Shown: one piece after another, positions 12,601-27,600 of the stretch
How positions within the stretch are numbered: position 1 is the first letter of the stretch
Layout of the letters: each line of letters opens with the position of its first letter
From: Nemertoderma westbladi
Taxonomy: Eukaryota > Animalia > Xenacoelomorpha
DNA length: 64,000 nt
NCBI GenBank assembly: GCA_032718475.1
Contig: JAUCBJ010004858.1
Location: 1-64,000 of the forward strand
Reading direction: 5' to 3'
Notes under the pieces: model-generated
Seen by the model: the letters and a program-made list of their open reading frames with translations, nothing else
The model's database searches: none
Told to the model about the DNA's origin: nothing
Position numbers and translations under genes: made by a program

Positions 12601-15600
12601 GGTACAGGCATAGATACTAGCTAAATACCAACTCGTACACTATACCGATACAGGTACAGGCATAGATACTAGCTAAATACCAACTCGTACACTATACCGA
12701 TACAGGTACAGGCATAGATACTAGCTAAATACCAACTTGCACACTGTACCGATACAGGTACAGGCATAGATACTAGCTAAATACCAACTTGCACACTGTA
12801 CCGATACAGGTACAGGCATAGATACTAGCTAAATACCAACTTGCACACTGTACCGATACAGGTACAGGCATAGATACTAGCTAAATACCAACTCGTACAC
12901 TGTACCGATACAGGTACAGGCATTTTCTAAGGCGCAAAATGTATGCATCCTATGTAATTCCTAAAAAAAATAGCACAATATTACAACATTTATCAAGGGT
13001 AACCAAAGTTATTGGCCATTATTTCCGTGACACTGACATCGTCACGGTGTAGTTGCCCATTATTTAATTTTTGCATTACTTGGTTTGTGTCGTAAAGAGA
13101 AGAAACAGAAGAACAATATTTATAATTTTAGGTTCAGAATCTTGTCATTTCACAAGTCCGCAGCTATAAAGTCTACATTTTATTTCTCTACTGGATATAA
13201 AGTACAGTTGAGTTGAGTTATAACGTGCTATATTTGAACTTATCACTGACAGAACTAATGGTGTTAATTAATAATGAAATTTTATTTAATAATATTTATA
13301 AATATATCATGTAATTGAATAGGCGATTGAATGCATGGGATTTAGAATAAAGGAGAACGATACTTTGTCATACCGGTATATTATTTATCCCCCAGCCAAA
13401 CAACAATGGAATCTAACACTTCCGATATAGAACGTTAACAGTTCAACTTTATTTTACTCATTCGCAATCCCTTTAGAAATGGATCCGCTACTTCGGAAAT
13501 AAATACACTTGAAATAAAAAATGGTTCAATTAAAACCGATATAATTCCTTCATGTGATGAAGTTCGGACACCTGGGAAGAATATATTGAGCTCATCCTCA
13601 TCTTGAAATTGTATATCAGATACCAAGGAAAAGGAACCGGGTAATAATGACTACGAAATCGAACTGCCCACTTTGCACCGTTCTCCTACCCAATATCGAC
13701 GAAGTATTTGCCCGACATATACTCAACCACCATCCATTTCATTTGACAGAAAAAATTGCTGAGCTTCTCATTGAAAAAACCTTTACGTCATATCATATTG
13801 GAGTTTTCTACCGGTGCAAAATTTGCAGAAACTACAGCGAAAGTAAAGCCGTGGTCGTTAAACACATGGTGAGTCATTGCCCTGGCATTGAATACGAGCA
13901 AGCCAACAATTCCCATCAATTAGCAAGCAATGCTTTGGCAAGAATCAACCAATCACAACCAAGACAGATAGAATCAGATGAGCCACAAAGGAGTCAGAAA
14001 AAACCTAAAATGGTAGAATCTCCTGTTAAACAACAATTCGACATTCTACGATACACAACGTATCCACTAGATTGTGTTCCATCTCGATATCCGATACCAA
14101 TGGCGTCTCCCACACACAAAGGGTCCCAACAACTACCCCCGAAACCGGTGGTGGGCGGCTTTGCTCCACCGGTTTATCCCTCAGCCACACGCTGTCTCTA
14201 TCCTGGTCCTCAATACCGCATGTACCAATCCTGCGCGCCGACACTCTTGGGGCCTTTCATCGATCCCCAGACGATGGGATACCCCCCTCGGCATCCACAC
14301 CTACCGGCCCACCAACACCAGGTTGTCGAGCAGCCCTACAAACTTTTGTCGGAACGCACTTCAGCCAATTATCCACCCACGATGCAAACGGGAGTTTCTC
14401 TCGAAACATTAAGGAATTCGCATAGAAATCAAAACCAAACGAGGTCCACCAACATTGATGGGAGACACGATGTTCATCAACCAGATGTAATCTGGTGCGG
14501 TGAAAAACGCCCATGCAATTCTGCGTCCGCGAGCGTTGAGCGGGAATCCAGGGAGATGTTTAGAAATGTTCTACAGCGTAACCGGATATCATGTAGTAAA
14601 CCTAAAGATCCGTTGTCATCGAAAACATCGGAATCGCCGCTAATCGTTGAACCGGTTTCTCCGGCCGCAAATTATCCAAATAATTTGAACATTCCGTGCC
14701 CCAATGTAAAACCACAAGAACATCGAAGTCAACATCATCAACAAATATCTAGAAACGACACGAACTCATCCTCACTTCCACCGAAGAAACGAAAATATGT
14801 CCGGAAGTCTTTGACTAACAGAGTTCGGAAAGGGAATCAGCAGCCACCCGAAGTTCACCGGAAACATCCGATCTTACCATCCGTGTCAGCAGCCCTTCGA
14901 GAGGAGCTGAGCGATGCCACTGGGCCGCTAACAGGACATATATCAGAGTTCATGTTCCCTTCCATGTTAAAAGTAAATGTACAACCTTCTTCCGCAATTC
15001 AGACGCGAGCGGAATCATTGCTAACATTGTCAGATTCAGCACACACGCGCTCCACATCAACGCAAAAGTATTCAACGATGATTAAAACAGCACCGATCCA
15101 ACCGCAACTATCTCCAATGCTACATAATCTTTCGCCAATATTAATACAACACCCTCCAATGATATCGCAACTGTCACCTGCGCTACCCCATCTATCACCA
15201 ATGCTGCCACAAGTATCACCAATATTAAAAGAACCCTCGCCGATGCTAACTCCAAACCAGCCGATGCTAACTCCAAACCAGCCGATGCTAAAGAGGGACC
15301 AGCCAATGCTAGCGCGACACCATACTATGCTAACAGGATCCCAACCGCTGCTAACAGGGTCCCAACCGCTGCTAACACATCAACATCCCATGCTTACACT
15401 ATCCCAGCCAATTATATCTGGTTCGCAACCCATTCTAGCGCCACAGCAGCCAATGGTAACACAACCCACGCCGAGGCTAAAGAGACACCAACAGATGCTA
15501 ACAAATTCTCAGCCTTTGCTAACAGGAGCCCAACCGATGCTAACCCCTCCTATGCAAATGCTATCTCAAACCGCACCGATTCTAACTCGAGCAATACCAA

Positions 15601-18600
15601 ATGCTACACAACCCGTGTACGGTATAGATCCGATGGTTCACCTGTCAGATGCAGGGCGCAGTACTAGGGTAGGAAGAGGCGGTTTGCCCGTTCAATGTGG
15701 TGCGCAGCTGGCCACTCAAATACTCGACTGCCTATAAGAAATCATTTCGATACATTTAGATAATATACCCTGATTTAAACCTAATAAAGCCGATAGCTGT
15801 GCCTTTATCAGAAGACTCAGTAATTCAACCTTTTGTTTACAGACTGTTTTGTGTGTGTCTGTCCGCTCAACCCTAGTGTTTAAATTGAGTTTATACGAAT
15901 AAACATTTTCTATTGTTTGATTTTGTTATTGCTTTTTTGGATAATGTACTGTTTGTCTCCATACAATATCATTCATTTTTTACTTATAGAAAAAAAGCAA
16001 TTTATAACCTTAACATATAGCAATAATAAGAAATATTACATACGTCCTGCAATAGTTTCGAGCCAAAATTACGAATCTCACATACCCTGCGATAATAGTC
16101 ATCTCCATCAGTACATCCGCAGTATTTCTGATTGATACATTGAGATCCGCTAAGTACGTAACCGGCAACGCAAGCGCAGCCTGGGGCGGGGGGCGAAGAG
16201 CAACGGAGGGGGGCGTTGGGGTCCCTGCAGGTTGCCGGGCAACGGGGAGCAACTTCCGTATAAGCGCTGTTCGTGTTGCATTGTTCCGCTGCGGGAAAAA
16301 AAGACGAACATTTTATTATCCAGAGGAATCATAATAAATATTTATTTACAAAATATTTTTTATCTTTTCCTTATTTTAGTCTTGAGTGTTAAGAAAAATA
16401 AATATAATGTTTTTTTCTTCAGAAAAAAGTAAAATTATAAGTAATTTAATTTCACAATTTAAACATTTGCCCTTGACGGAAAGTGATAATTATATTCGAT
16501 TAAAAAATGTAAAATGACAATTATAATGTAAAATAACACTTTTTGTTACAATTTTAAATTGACCGAATTTCAATATTTAGTAAGAAATAGTTGTAGTTGT
16601 GGTAGAATTGGGTTTTGCGCATAAGGTCTTCAGTAACTTAAATTTACAAACAATATCGTAGCAAATACAGTAACATGTAGAGAGAAATACTAACGGCAGA
16701 ATGATGGCGACCTCCAAATGATACTGTCACCAACAGATGAGGGGTAACCCATATCTAGCAACGCTCGACGACATACGGCCTCGAAGAATGCGATGTAACG
16801 GCACAATACTTTCATATCGCCCTTATAAAAATAACAGAATATAAAAAATATGGAGTGAGAATTCCACTAAAATAAGAAATGTGACTTGAATGACAATTCT
16901 CAGTTGTATTACATACAGTATGGCTCAACAGTATGGCTTCCATTATCGGAAATGTTCGAGGGTCAGAAATTTGGTAATGTGTGCAAAGTGCATACTGTAC
17001 AACTGTAAAATGTACGAAACAACAAACACACGCAAACCTAATCAAACACATTATTTATTTTCAATTAATAACGAAATTCTACTCACGCCATAGGTACAGA
17101 CATCGACAACTCACGGAATAGGCGCAGACATCGACAACTCACGGCATAGGTACAGACATCGACAACTTACGGCATAGGTACAGACATCGACAACTCCCGG
17201 CATAGGTACAGACATCGACAACTCACGGAATAGGTACAGACATCGACAACTCACGGAATAGGTACAGACATCGACAACTCACGGAATACTGTAGGTACAG
17301 ACATCGACATCACACGGAATAGGTACAGACATCGACAACTCCCGGCATAGGTACAGACATCGACAACTCACGGAATACTGTAGGTACAGACATCGACATC
17401 ACACGGAATAGGTACAGACATCGACAACTCACGGCATAGGTACAGACATCGACAACACAAAGCATAGGTACAGACATCGACAACTCACGGCATAGGTACA
17501 GACATCGACCACACGGAATAGGTACAGACATCGACATCACACGGAATAGGTACAGACATCAACAACACACGGGATAGGTACATACATCGACAACTCACGG
17601 CATAGGTACAGACATCGACATCACACGGAATAGGTACAGACATCGACATCACACGGAATAGGTACAGACATCAACAACACACGGAATAGGTACAGACATC
17701 GACATCACACGGAATAGGAACAGACATCGACAACTCACGGCATAGGTACAGACATCGACATCACACGGAATAGGTACAGACATCAACAACACACGGAATA
17801 GGTACAGACATCGACAACTCACGGCATACGTACAGACATCGACATCACACGGAATAGCTACAGACATCGACAACCCACGGCATAGGTACAGACATCGACA
17901 ACTCACGGAATAGGTACAGACATCGACAACTCACGGCATAGGTACAGACATCGACAACTCACGGAATAGGTACAGACATCGACATCACACGGAATAGGTA
18001 CAGACATCAACAACACACGGAATAGGTACAGACATCGACAACTCACGGCATAGGTGCAGACATCGACAACACACAGAATAGGTACAGAGATCGACAACAC
18101 ACGGCATAGGTACAGACATCGACAACTCACGGAATAGGTACAGACATCGACATCACACGGAATAGGAACAGACATCGACAACTCACGGCATAGGTACAGA
18201 CATCGACATCACACGGAATAGGTACAGACATCAACAACACACGGAATAGGTACAGACATCGACAACTCACGGCATACGTACAGACATCGACATCACACGG
18301 AATAGCTACAGACATCGACAACCCACGGCATAGGTACAGACATCGACAACTCACGGAATAGGTACAGACATCGACAACTCACGGCATAGGTACAGACATC
18401 GACAACTCACGGAATAGGTACAGACATCGACATCACACGGAATAGGTACAGACATAGACAACACACGGAATAGGTACAGACATCGACAACTCACGGCATA
18501 GGTGCAGACATCGACAACACACAGAATAGGTACAGAGATCGACAACACACGGCATAGGTACAGACATCGACAACTCACGGCATAGGTACAGACATCGACA

Positions 18601-21600
18601 ACTCACGGAATAGGTACAGACATCGACATCACACGGAATAGGTACAGACATCGACAACAAACGGAATAGGTACAGACATCGACAACTGACGGCATAGGTA
18701 CAGACATCGACAACACACGGAATAGGTACAGACATCGACAACTCACGGCATAGGTACAGACATCGACAACTCACGGCATAGGTACAGACATCGACAACTC
18801 ACGGCATAGGTACAGACATCGACAACTCACGGCATAGGTACAGACATCGACAACTCACGGCATAGGTACAGATATCGACAACTCACGGCATAGGTACAGA
18901 CATCGACAACTCCCGGCATAGGTACAGACATCGACATCACACGGAATAGGTACAGACATCGACAACTCACGGCATAGGTACAGACATCGACAACTCACGG
19001 CATAGGTACAGACATCGACAACTCACGGCATAGGTACAGACATCGACATCACACGGAATAGGTACAGACATCGACAACTCACGGCATAGGTACAGACATC
19101 GACAACTCACGGCATAGGTACAGACATCGACAACTCACGGCATAGGTACAGACATCGACAACTCACGGCATAGGTACAGACATCGACAACTCCCGGCATA
19201 GGTACAGACATCGACAACTCACGGCATAGGTACAGACATCGACATCACACGGAATAGGTACAGATATCGACAACTCACGGCATAGGTACAGACATCGACA
19301 ACTCACGGCATAGGTACAGACATCGACAACTCACGGCATAGGTACAGACATCGACAACTCACGGCTTAGGTACAGAAATCGACAACTCACGGCATAGGTA
19401 CAGACATCGACAACTCCCGGCATAGGTACAGACATCGACAACTCACGGAATACTGTAGGTACAGACATCGACATCACACGGAATAGGTACAGACATCGAC
19501 AACTCACGGCATAGGTACAGACATCGACAACTCACGGCATAGGTACAGACATCGACAACTCACGGCATAGGTACAGACATCGACAACTCACGGCTTAGGT
19601 ACAGAAATCGACAACTCACGGCATAGGTACAGACATCGACAACTCCCGGCATAGGTACAGACATCGACAACTCACGGAATACTGTAGGTACAGACATCGA
19701 CATCACACGGAATAGGTACAGACATCGACATCACACGGAATAGGTACAGACATCGACAACTCACGGCATAGGTACAGACATCGACAACTCACGGCATAGG
19801 TACAGACATCGACAACTCACGGCATAGGTACAGACATCGACAACTCACGGCATAGGTACAGACATCGACAACTCCCGGCATAGGTACAGACATCGACAAC
19901 TCACGGAATACTGTAGGTACAGACATCGACATCACACGGAATAGGTACAGACATCGACAACTCATGGCATAGGTACAGACATCGACAACTGACGGCATAG
20001 GTACAGACATCGACAACACACGGAATAGGTACAGACATCGACATCACACGGAATAGGTACAGACATCGACATCACACGGAATAGGTACAGACATCGACAA
20101 CTCACGGAATAGGCGCAGACATCGACAACTCACGGCATAGGTACAGACATCGTAAAACTCACGGCATAGGTACAGACATCGACAACTCACGGCATAGGTA
20201 CAGACATCGACAACACACGGAATAGGTACAGACATCGACCACACGGAATAGGTACAGACATCGACATCACACGGAATAGGTACAGACATCAACAACACAC
20301 GGGATAGGTACATACATCGACAACTCACGGCATAGGTACAGACATCGACATCACACGGAATAGGTACATACATCGACAACACACGGAATAGGTACAGACA
20401 TCGACAACTCACGGCATAGGTACAGACATCGACAACTCACGGCATAGGTGCAGACATCGACAACACACAGAATAGGTACAGAGATCGACAACACACGGCA
20501 TAGGTACAGACATCGACAACTCACGGCATAGGTACAGACATCGACAACTCACGGAATAGGTACAGACATCGACATCACACGGAATAGGTACAGACATCGA
20601 CAACAAACGGAATAGGTACAGACATCGACAACTGACGGCATAGGTACAGACATCGACAACACACGGAATAGGTACAGACATCGACAACTCACGGCATAGG
20701 TACAGACATCGACAACTCACGGCATAGGTACAGACATCGACAACTCACGGCATAGGTACAGACATCGACAACTCACGGCATAGGTACAGACATCGACAAC
20801 TCACGGCATAGGTACAGATATCGACAACTCACGGCATAGGTACAGACATCGACAACTCCCGGCATAGGTACAGACATCGACATCACACGGAATAGGTACA
20901 GACATCGACAACTCACGGCATAGGTACAGACATCGACAACTCACGGCATAGGTACAGACATCGACAACTCACGGCATAGGTACAGACATCGACATCACAC
21001 GGAATAGGTACAGACATCGACAACTCACGGCATAGGTACAGACATCGACAACTCACGGCATAGGTACAGACATCGAAAACTCACGGCATAGGTACAGACA
21101 TCGACAACTCACGGCATAGGTACAGACATCGACAACTCCCGGCATAGGTACAGACATCGACAACTCACGGCATAGGTACAGACATCGACATCACACGGAA
21201 TAGGTACAGACATCGACAACTCACGGCATAGGTACAGACATCGACAACTCACGGCATAGGTACAGACATCGACAACTCACGGCATAGGTACAGACATCGA
21301 CAACTCACGGCTTAGGTACAGAAATCGACAACTCACGGCATAGGTACAGACATCGACAACTCCCGGCATAGGTACAGACATCGACAACTCACGGAATACT
21401 GTAGGTACAGACATCGACATCACACGGAATAGGTACAGACATCGACAACTCACGGCATAGGTACAGACATCGACAACTCACGGCATAGGTACAGACATCG
21501 ACAACTCACGGCATAGGTACAGACATCGACAACTCACGGCTTAGGTACAGAAATCGACAACTCACGGCATAGGTACAGACATCGACAACTCCCGGCATAG

Positions 21601-24600
21601 GTACAGACATCGACAACTCACGGAATACTGTAGGTACAGACATCGACATCACACGGAATAGGTACAGACATCGACATCACACGGAATAGGTACAGACATC
21701 GACAACTCACGGCATAGGTACAGACATCGACAACTCACGGCATAGGTACAGACATCGACAACTCACGGCATAGGTACAGACATCGACAACTCACGGCATA
21801 GGTACAGACATCGACAACTCCCGGCATAGGTACAGACATCGACAACTCACGGAATACTGTAGGTACAGACATCGACATCACACGGAATAGGTACAGACAT
21901 CGACAACTCATGGCATAGGTACAGACATCGACAACTGACGGCATAGGTACAGACATCGACAACACACGGAATAGGTACAGACATCGACATCACACGGAAT
22001 AGGTACAGACATCGACATCACACGGAATAGGTACAGACATCGACAACTCACGGAATAGGCGCAGACATCGACAACTCACGGCATAGGTACAGACATCGTA
22101 AAACTCACGGCATAGGTACAGACATCGACAACTCACGGCATAGGTACAGACATCGACAACACACGGAATAGGTACAGACATCGACCACACGGAATAGGTA
22201 CAGACATCGACATCACACGGAATAGGTACAGACATCAACAACACACGGGATAGGTACATACATCGACAACTCACGGCATAGGTACAGACATCGACATCAC
22301 ACGGAATAGGTACATACATCGACAACACACGGAATAGGTACAGACATCGACAACTCACGGCATAGGTACAGACATCGACAACACACGGAATAGCTACAGA
22401 CATCGACAACCCACGGCATAGGTACAGACATCGACAACTCACGGCATAGGTACAGACATCGACAACTCACGGAATAGGTACAGACATCGACAACTCACGG
22501 CATAGGTACAGACATCGACAACTCACGGAATAGGTACAGACATCGACATCACACGGAATAGGTACAGACATCGACAACACACGGAATAGGTACAGACATC
22601 GACAACTCACGGCATAGGTGCAGACATCGACAACACACGGAATAGGTACAGACATCGACAACACACGGCATAGGTACAGACATCGACAACTCACGGCATA
22701 GGTACAGACATCGACAACTCACGGCATAGGTACAGACATCGACAACTCACGGAATAGGTACAGACATCGACATCACACGGAATAGGTACAGACATCGACA
22801 ACACACGGAATAGGTACAGACATCGACAACTCACGGCATAGGTACAGACATCGACAACACACGGAATAGGTACAGACATCGACAACTCACGGCATAGGTA
22901 CAGACATCGACAATACACGGAATAGGTACAGACATCGACATCACACGGCATAGGTACAGACATCGACAACTCACGGAATAGGCGCAGACATCGAAGAGAC
23001 ATTCGTCGTAGGAAATCATAACGTCGATGAAGTTGGCGCACAACCCGAAGGGCCCGGTTGGGTCTGTTAGCAGCCCACACTGCTGGGCGGCGAAGGCCTG
23101 TACCTCAGCGGAACAGCTGACAGGAACCACGGGGCCATTGTAGTGGCAACTGAATATAGAAGAAATAGAATATATACAACAGTTGATAAACCAAGTTTAC
23201 GAGCAAACAGTAAGAACAGATAATTCATTACCGGATATACGATAGACCGGATAGACGTCGATCATTTTCATTAGACGTTTTAATTAAGGGTGTAACGGTT
23301 TTCGCCGCCGTTTTTTTTAAATAAAACAATTACGTTAGTCCAATGTCTATTTTGACTTCTCCAGGCCGTCCCGTCTTCAGGGTAAACATATGTAATAAAT
23401 AGTATTCAAAAACAGAGTAAGGCCCGCCGCACTCTAGAGATACAAGATGCAAGATACCAGATGCAAAAATCGTTCCCGACGTACACTAGAGATGCAAGAT
23501 GCAAAAATCGTTCCCGACGTACACTAGAGATGCAAGATGCAAGATGCATCGTATTTTATTTTATATATTGATAGCTTTTATGTTATTTATTTATTGCGTT
23601 TAAAATTTATTCCCATTATATATATCATTTCACGAGAGCATTATTGGATAAATCCAATAAATTACAAGACACCTGTGGCTGGCGTTATGGCAAAGTTATA
23701 TAATCAACTGCGAGATGATCCCGACACCACATACATTTGCGAATGATACTCTCATGTCCGTTTGGTACATTTGTTGCACTTTTGTCCCTAATTGATGGAA
23801 ACATCCGAAAGTGCAGCGCCAAGTTTAGAAAAGCGATTGGAGCGAAGGAAAAACTGTTAGTCACACTGAGGTGCAGTATAATATAATATTGGGTGGCAAC
23901 ACATGCTAATTAATATATTACTTTGATTATTTTAATGTATATTTCAAAGAATTTATCTCACTGCATCTCTAGTGTGCGTGCCTCCCATAGGATCTACATG
24001 TATTCTATAATTCGAGATGCAAAAAATTGAACATCGTGCATCGTCCTTCTTTGCATCTTGCATCTCTAGTGTGCGGCGGGCCTAAGGTGGCAGGCAGATA
24101 TAGTCTGTGCGAGAAATACTAATACTGGGCTAAAAACTACACGGTTCAGAAATTCGTATTGGGCGTAAGGTATAATATTACAGCGATAATCGGGCCTTAA
24201 ATGTAAAGTAGAGTAAAAAAATTTTTCGACCGCTATACTAGGGATTACGCAGAAAGCATTCTTACTATACTTACAGTATTTCCAGTGTGGTCCACTCAGA
24301 ACTCTACACCCAGACGAAACTGGTACTCAAATAGTAGCCATTCATGGATGCAAGAGTTGCGCTCCGGCTAGTCCATTTAAAGCATTCGTTACGAAACAAA
24401 TACCACCCCCCCCCCCCCCCCCCCCCCCCCCCAGCTGGGATCGAACCCACGACCTCCAGATAGATGTAAATTTAATACAACTATGGCGAATTAATGGGAC
24501 TATGGCTTTGATCTTAACTTACGGTCACTGCGGTAACGGGCAGTACATTAAAGCACCGCGGTACCAAGGATGCACTCTCTAAATTAACTTACTAGTACTG

Positions 24601-27600
24601 GAGATAATATCGCGATAACTAAGGATATAACTTACTAGTACTGGAGATACTGGAGATAATATCGCGATAACTAAGGATATAACTTACTAGTACTGGAGAT
24701 ACTGGAGATAATATCGCGATAACTAAGGATATAACTTACTAGTACTGGAGATACTGGAGATAATATCGCGATAACTAAGGATATAACTTACTAGTACTGG
24801 AGATACTGGAGATAATATCGCGATAACTAAGGATATAACTTACATAGTACTGGAGATACTGGAGATAATATCGCGATAACTAAGGATATAACTTACTAGT
24901 ACTGGAGATACTGGAGATAATATCGCGATAACTAAGGATATAACTTACTAGTACTGGAGATACTGGAGATAATATCGCGATAACTAAGGATATAACTTAC
25001 TAGTTCTGGAGATACTGGAGATAATATCGCGATAACTAAGGATATAACTTACTAGTACTGGAGATACTGGAGATAATATCGCGATAACTAAGGATATAAC
25101 TTACTAGTACTGGAGATACTGGAGATAATATCGCGATAACTAAGGATATAACTTACTAATTCTGGAGATAATATCGCGATAACTAAGGATATAACTTACT
25201 AGTACTGGAGATACTGGAGATAATATCGCGATAACTAAGGATATAACTTACTAGTACTGGAGATACTGGAGATAATATCGCGATAACTAAGGATATAACT
25301 TACTAGTACTGGAGATACTGGAGATAATATCGCGATAACTAAGGATATAACTTACTAGTACTGGAGATACTGGAGATAATATCGCGATAACTAAGGATAT
25401 AACTTACTAGTACAGGAGATAGTGGAGATAATATCGCGATAACTAAGGATATAACTTACTAGTACTGGAGATACTGGAGATAATATCGCGATAACTAAGG
25501 ATATAACTTACTAGTACTGGAGATACTGGAGATAATATCGCGATAACTAAGGATATAACTTACTAGTACTGGAGATACTGGAGATAATATCGCGATAACT
25601 AAGGATATAACTTACTAGTACTGGAGATACTGGAGATAATATCGCGATAACTAAGGATATAACTTACTAGTACTGGAGATACTGGAGATAATATCGCGAT
25701 AACTAAGGATATAACTTACTAGTACTGGAGATACTGGAGATAATATCGCGATAACTAAGGATATAACTTACTAGTACTGGAGATACTGGAGATAATATCG
25801 CGATAACTAAGGATATAACTTACTAGTACTGGAGATACTGGAGATAATATCGCGATAACTAAGGATATAACTTACTGAGTACTGGAGATACTGGAGATAA
25901 TATCGCGATAACTAAGGATATAACTTACTAGTACTGGAGATACTGGAGATAATATCGCGATAACTAAGGATATAACTTACTAGTACTGGAGATACTGGAG
26001 ATAATATCGCGATAACTAAGGATAGAAATTACTGGTACTGGAGATACTGGAGATAATATCGCGATAACTAAGGATATAACTTACTAGTACTGGTGATACT
26101 GGAGATAATATCGCGATAACTAAGGATATAACTTACTAGTACTGGTGATACTGGAGATAATATCGCGATAACTAAGGATATAACTTACTAGTACTGGAGA
26201 TACTGGAGATAATATCGCGATAACTAAGGATATAACTTACTAGTACTGGAGATACTGGAGATAATATCGCGATAACTAAGGATATAACTTACTAGTACTG
26301 GAAGATAATATCGCGATAACTAAGGATATAACTTACTAGTACTGGAGATACTGGAGATAATATCGCGATAACTAAGGATATAACTTACTAGTACTGGAGA
26401 TAATATCGCGATAACTAAGGATATAACTTACTCGTACTGGAGATAATATCGCGATAACTAAGGATATAACTTACTAGTACTGGAGATAGCTGGAGATAAT
26501 ATCGCGATAACTAAGGATATAACTTACTAGTTCTGGAGATACTGGAGATAATATCGCGATAACTAAGGATATAACTTACTAGTACTGGAGATGCTGGAGA
26601 TAATATCGCGATAACTAAGGATATAACTTACTAGTACTGGAGATACTGGAGATAATATCGCGATAACTAAGGATATAACTTACTAGTACTGGAGATACTG
26701 GAGATAATATCGCGATAACTAAGGATATAACTTACTAGTACTGGAGATAATATCGCGATAACTAAGGATATAACTTACTAGTACTGGAGATACTGGAGAT
26801 AATATCGCGATAACTAAGGATATAACTTACTAGTACTGGAGATACTGGAGATAATATCGCGATAACTAAGGATATAACTACTAGTCTGGAGATACTGGAG
26901 ATAATATCGCGATAACTAAGGATATAACTTACTAGTACTGGAGATACTGGAGATAATATCGCGATAACTAAGGATATAACTTACTAGTTACTGGAGATAA
27001 TATCGCGATAACTAAGGATATAACTTACTAGTACTGGAGATACTGGAGATAATATCGCGATAACTAAGGATATAACTTACTAGTACTGGAGATACTGGAG
27101 ATAATATCGCGATAACTAAGGATATAACTTACTAGTACTGGAGATACTGGAGATAATATCGCGATAACTAAGGATATAACTTACTAGTACTGGAGATACT
27201 GGAGATAATATCGCGATAACTAAGGATATAACTTACTAGTACTGGAGATACTGGAGATAATATCGCGATAACTAAGGATATAACGTACTAGTACTGGAGA
27301 TACTGGAGATAATATCGCGATAACTAAGGATATAACTTACTAGTACTGGAGATACTGGAGATAATATCGCGATAACTAAGGATATAACTTACTAGTACTG
27401 GAGATAATATCGCGATAACTAAGGATATAACTTACTAGTACTGGAGATACTGGAGATAATATCGCGATAACTAAGGATATAACTTACTAGTACTGGAGAT
27501 ACTGGAGATAATATCGCGATAACTAAGGATATAACTTACTAGTACTGGAGATACTGGAGATAATATCGCGATAACTAAGGATAGAAATTACTAGTACTGG

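Noticed and set aside
12242-12922. 52-bp array as another splice-site-seeded array
   Set aside because: It contains CAGGTA on the plus strand, but I found no adjoining exon. It is kept as a counter-example, together with the 26-bp array at 6-268.
17310-22694. Cys-rich ORFs (MSCRCLYLCR..., VVDVCTYA...)
   Set aside because: Translations of the 28-bp array; only the DVCxY part reflects the copied exon end, and stops are frequent.
24405-24462. Poly-C tract with an adjacent reverse B-box; poly-C/G runs also at ~4606 and ~7033
   Set aside because: Too short to call; probably a decayed tRNA-SINE fragment and simple homopolymers of unreliable length.
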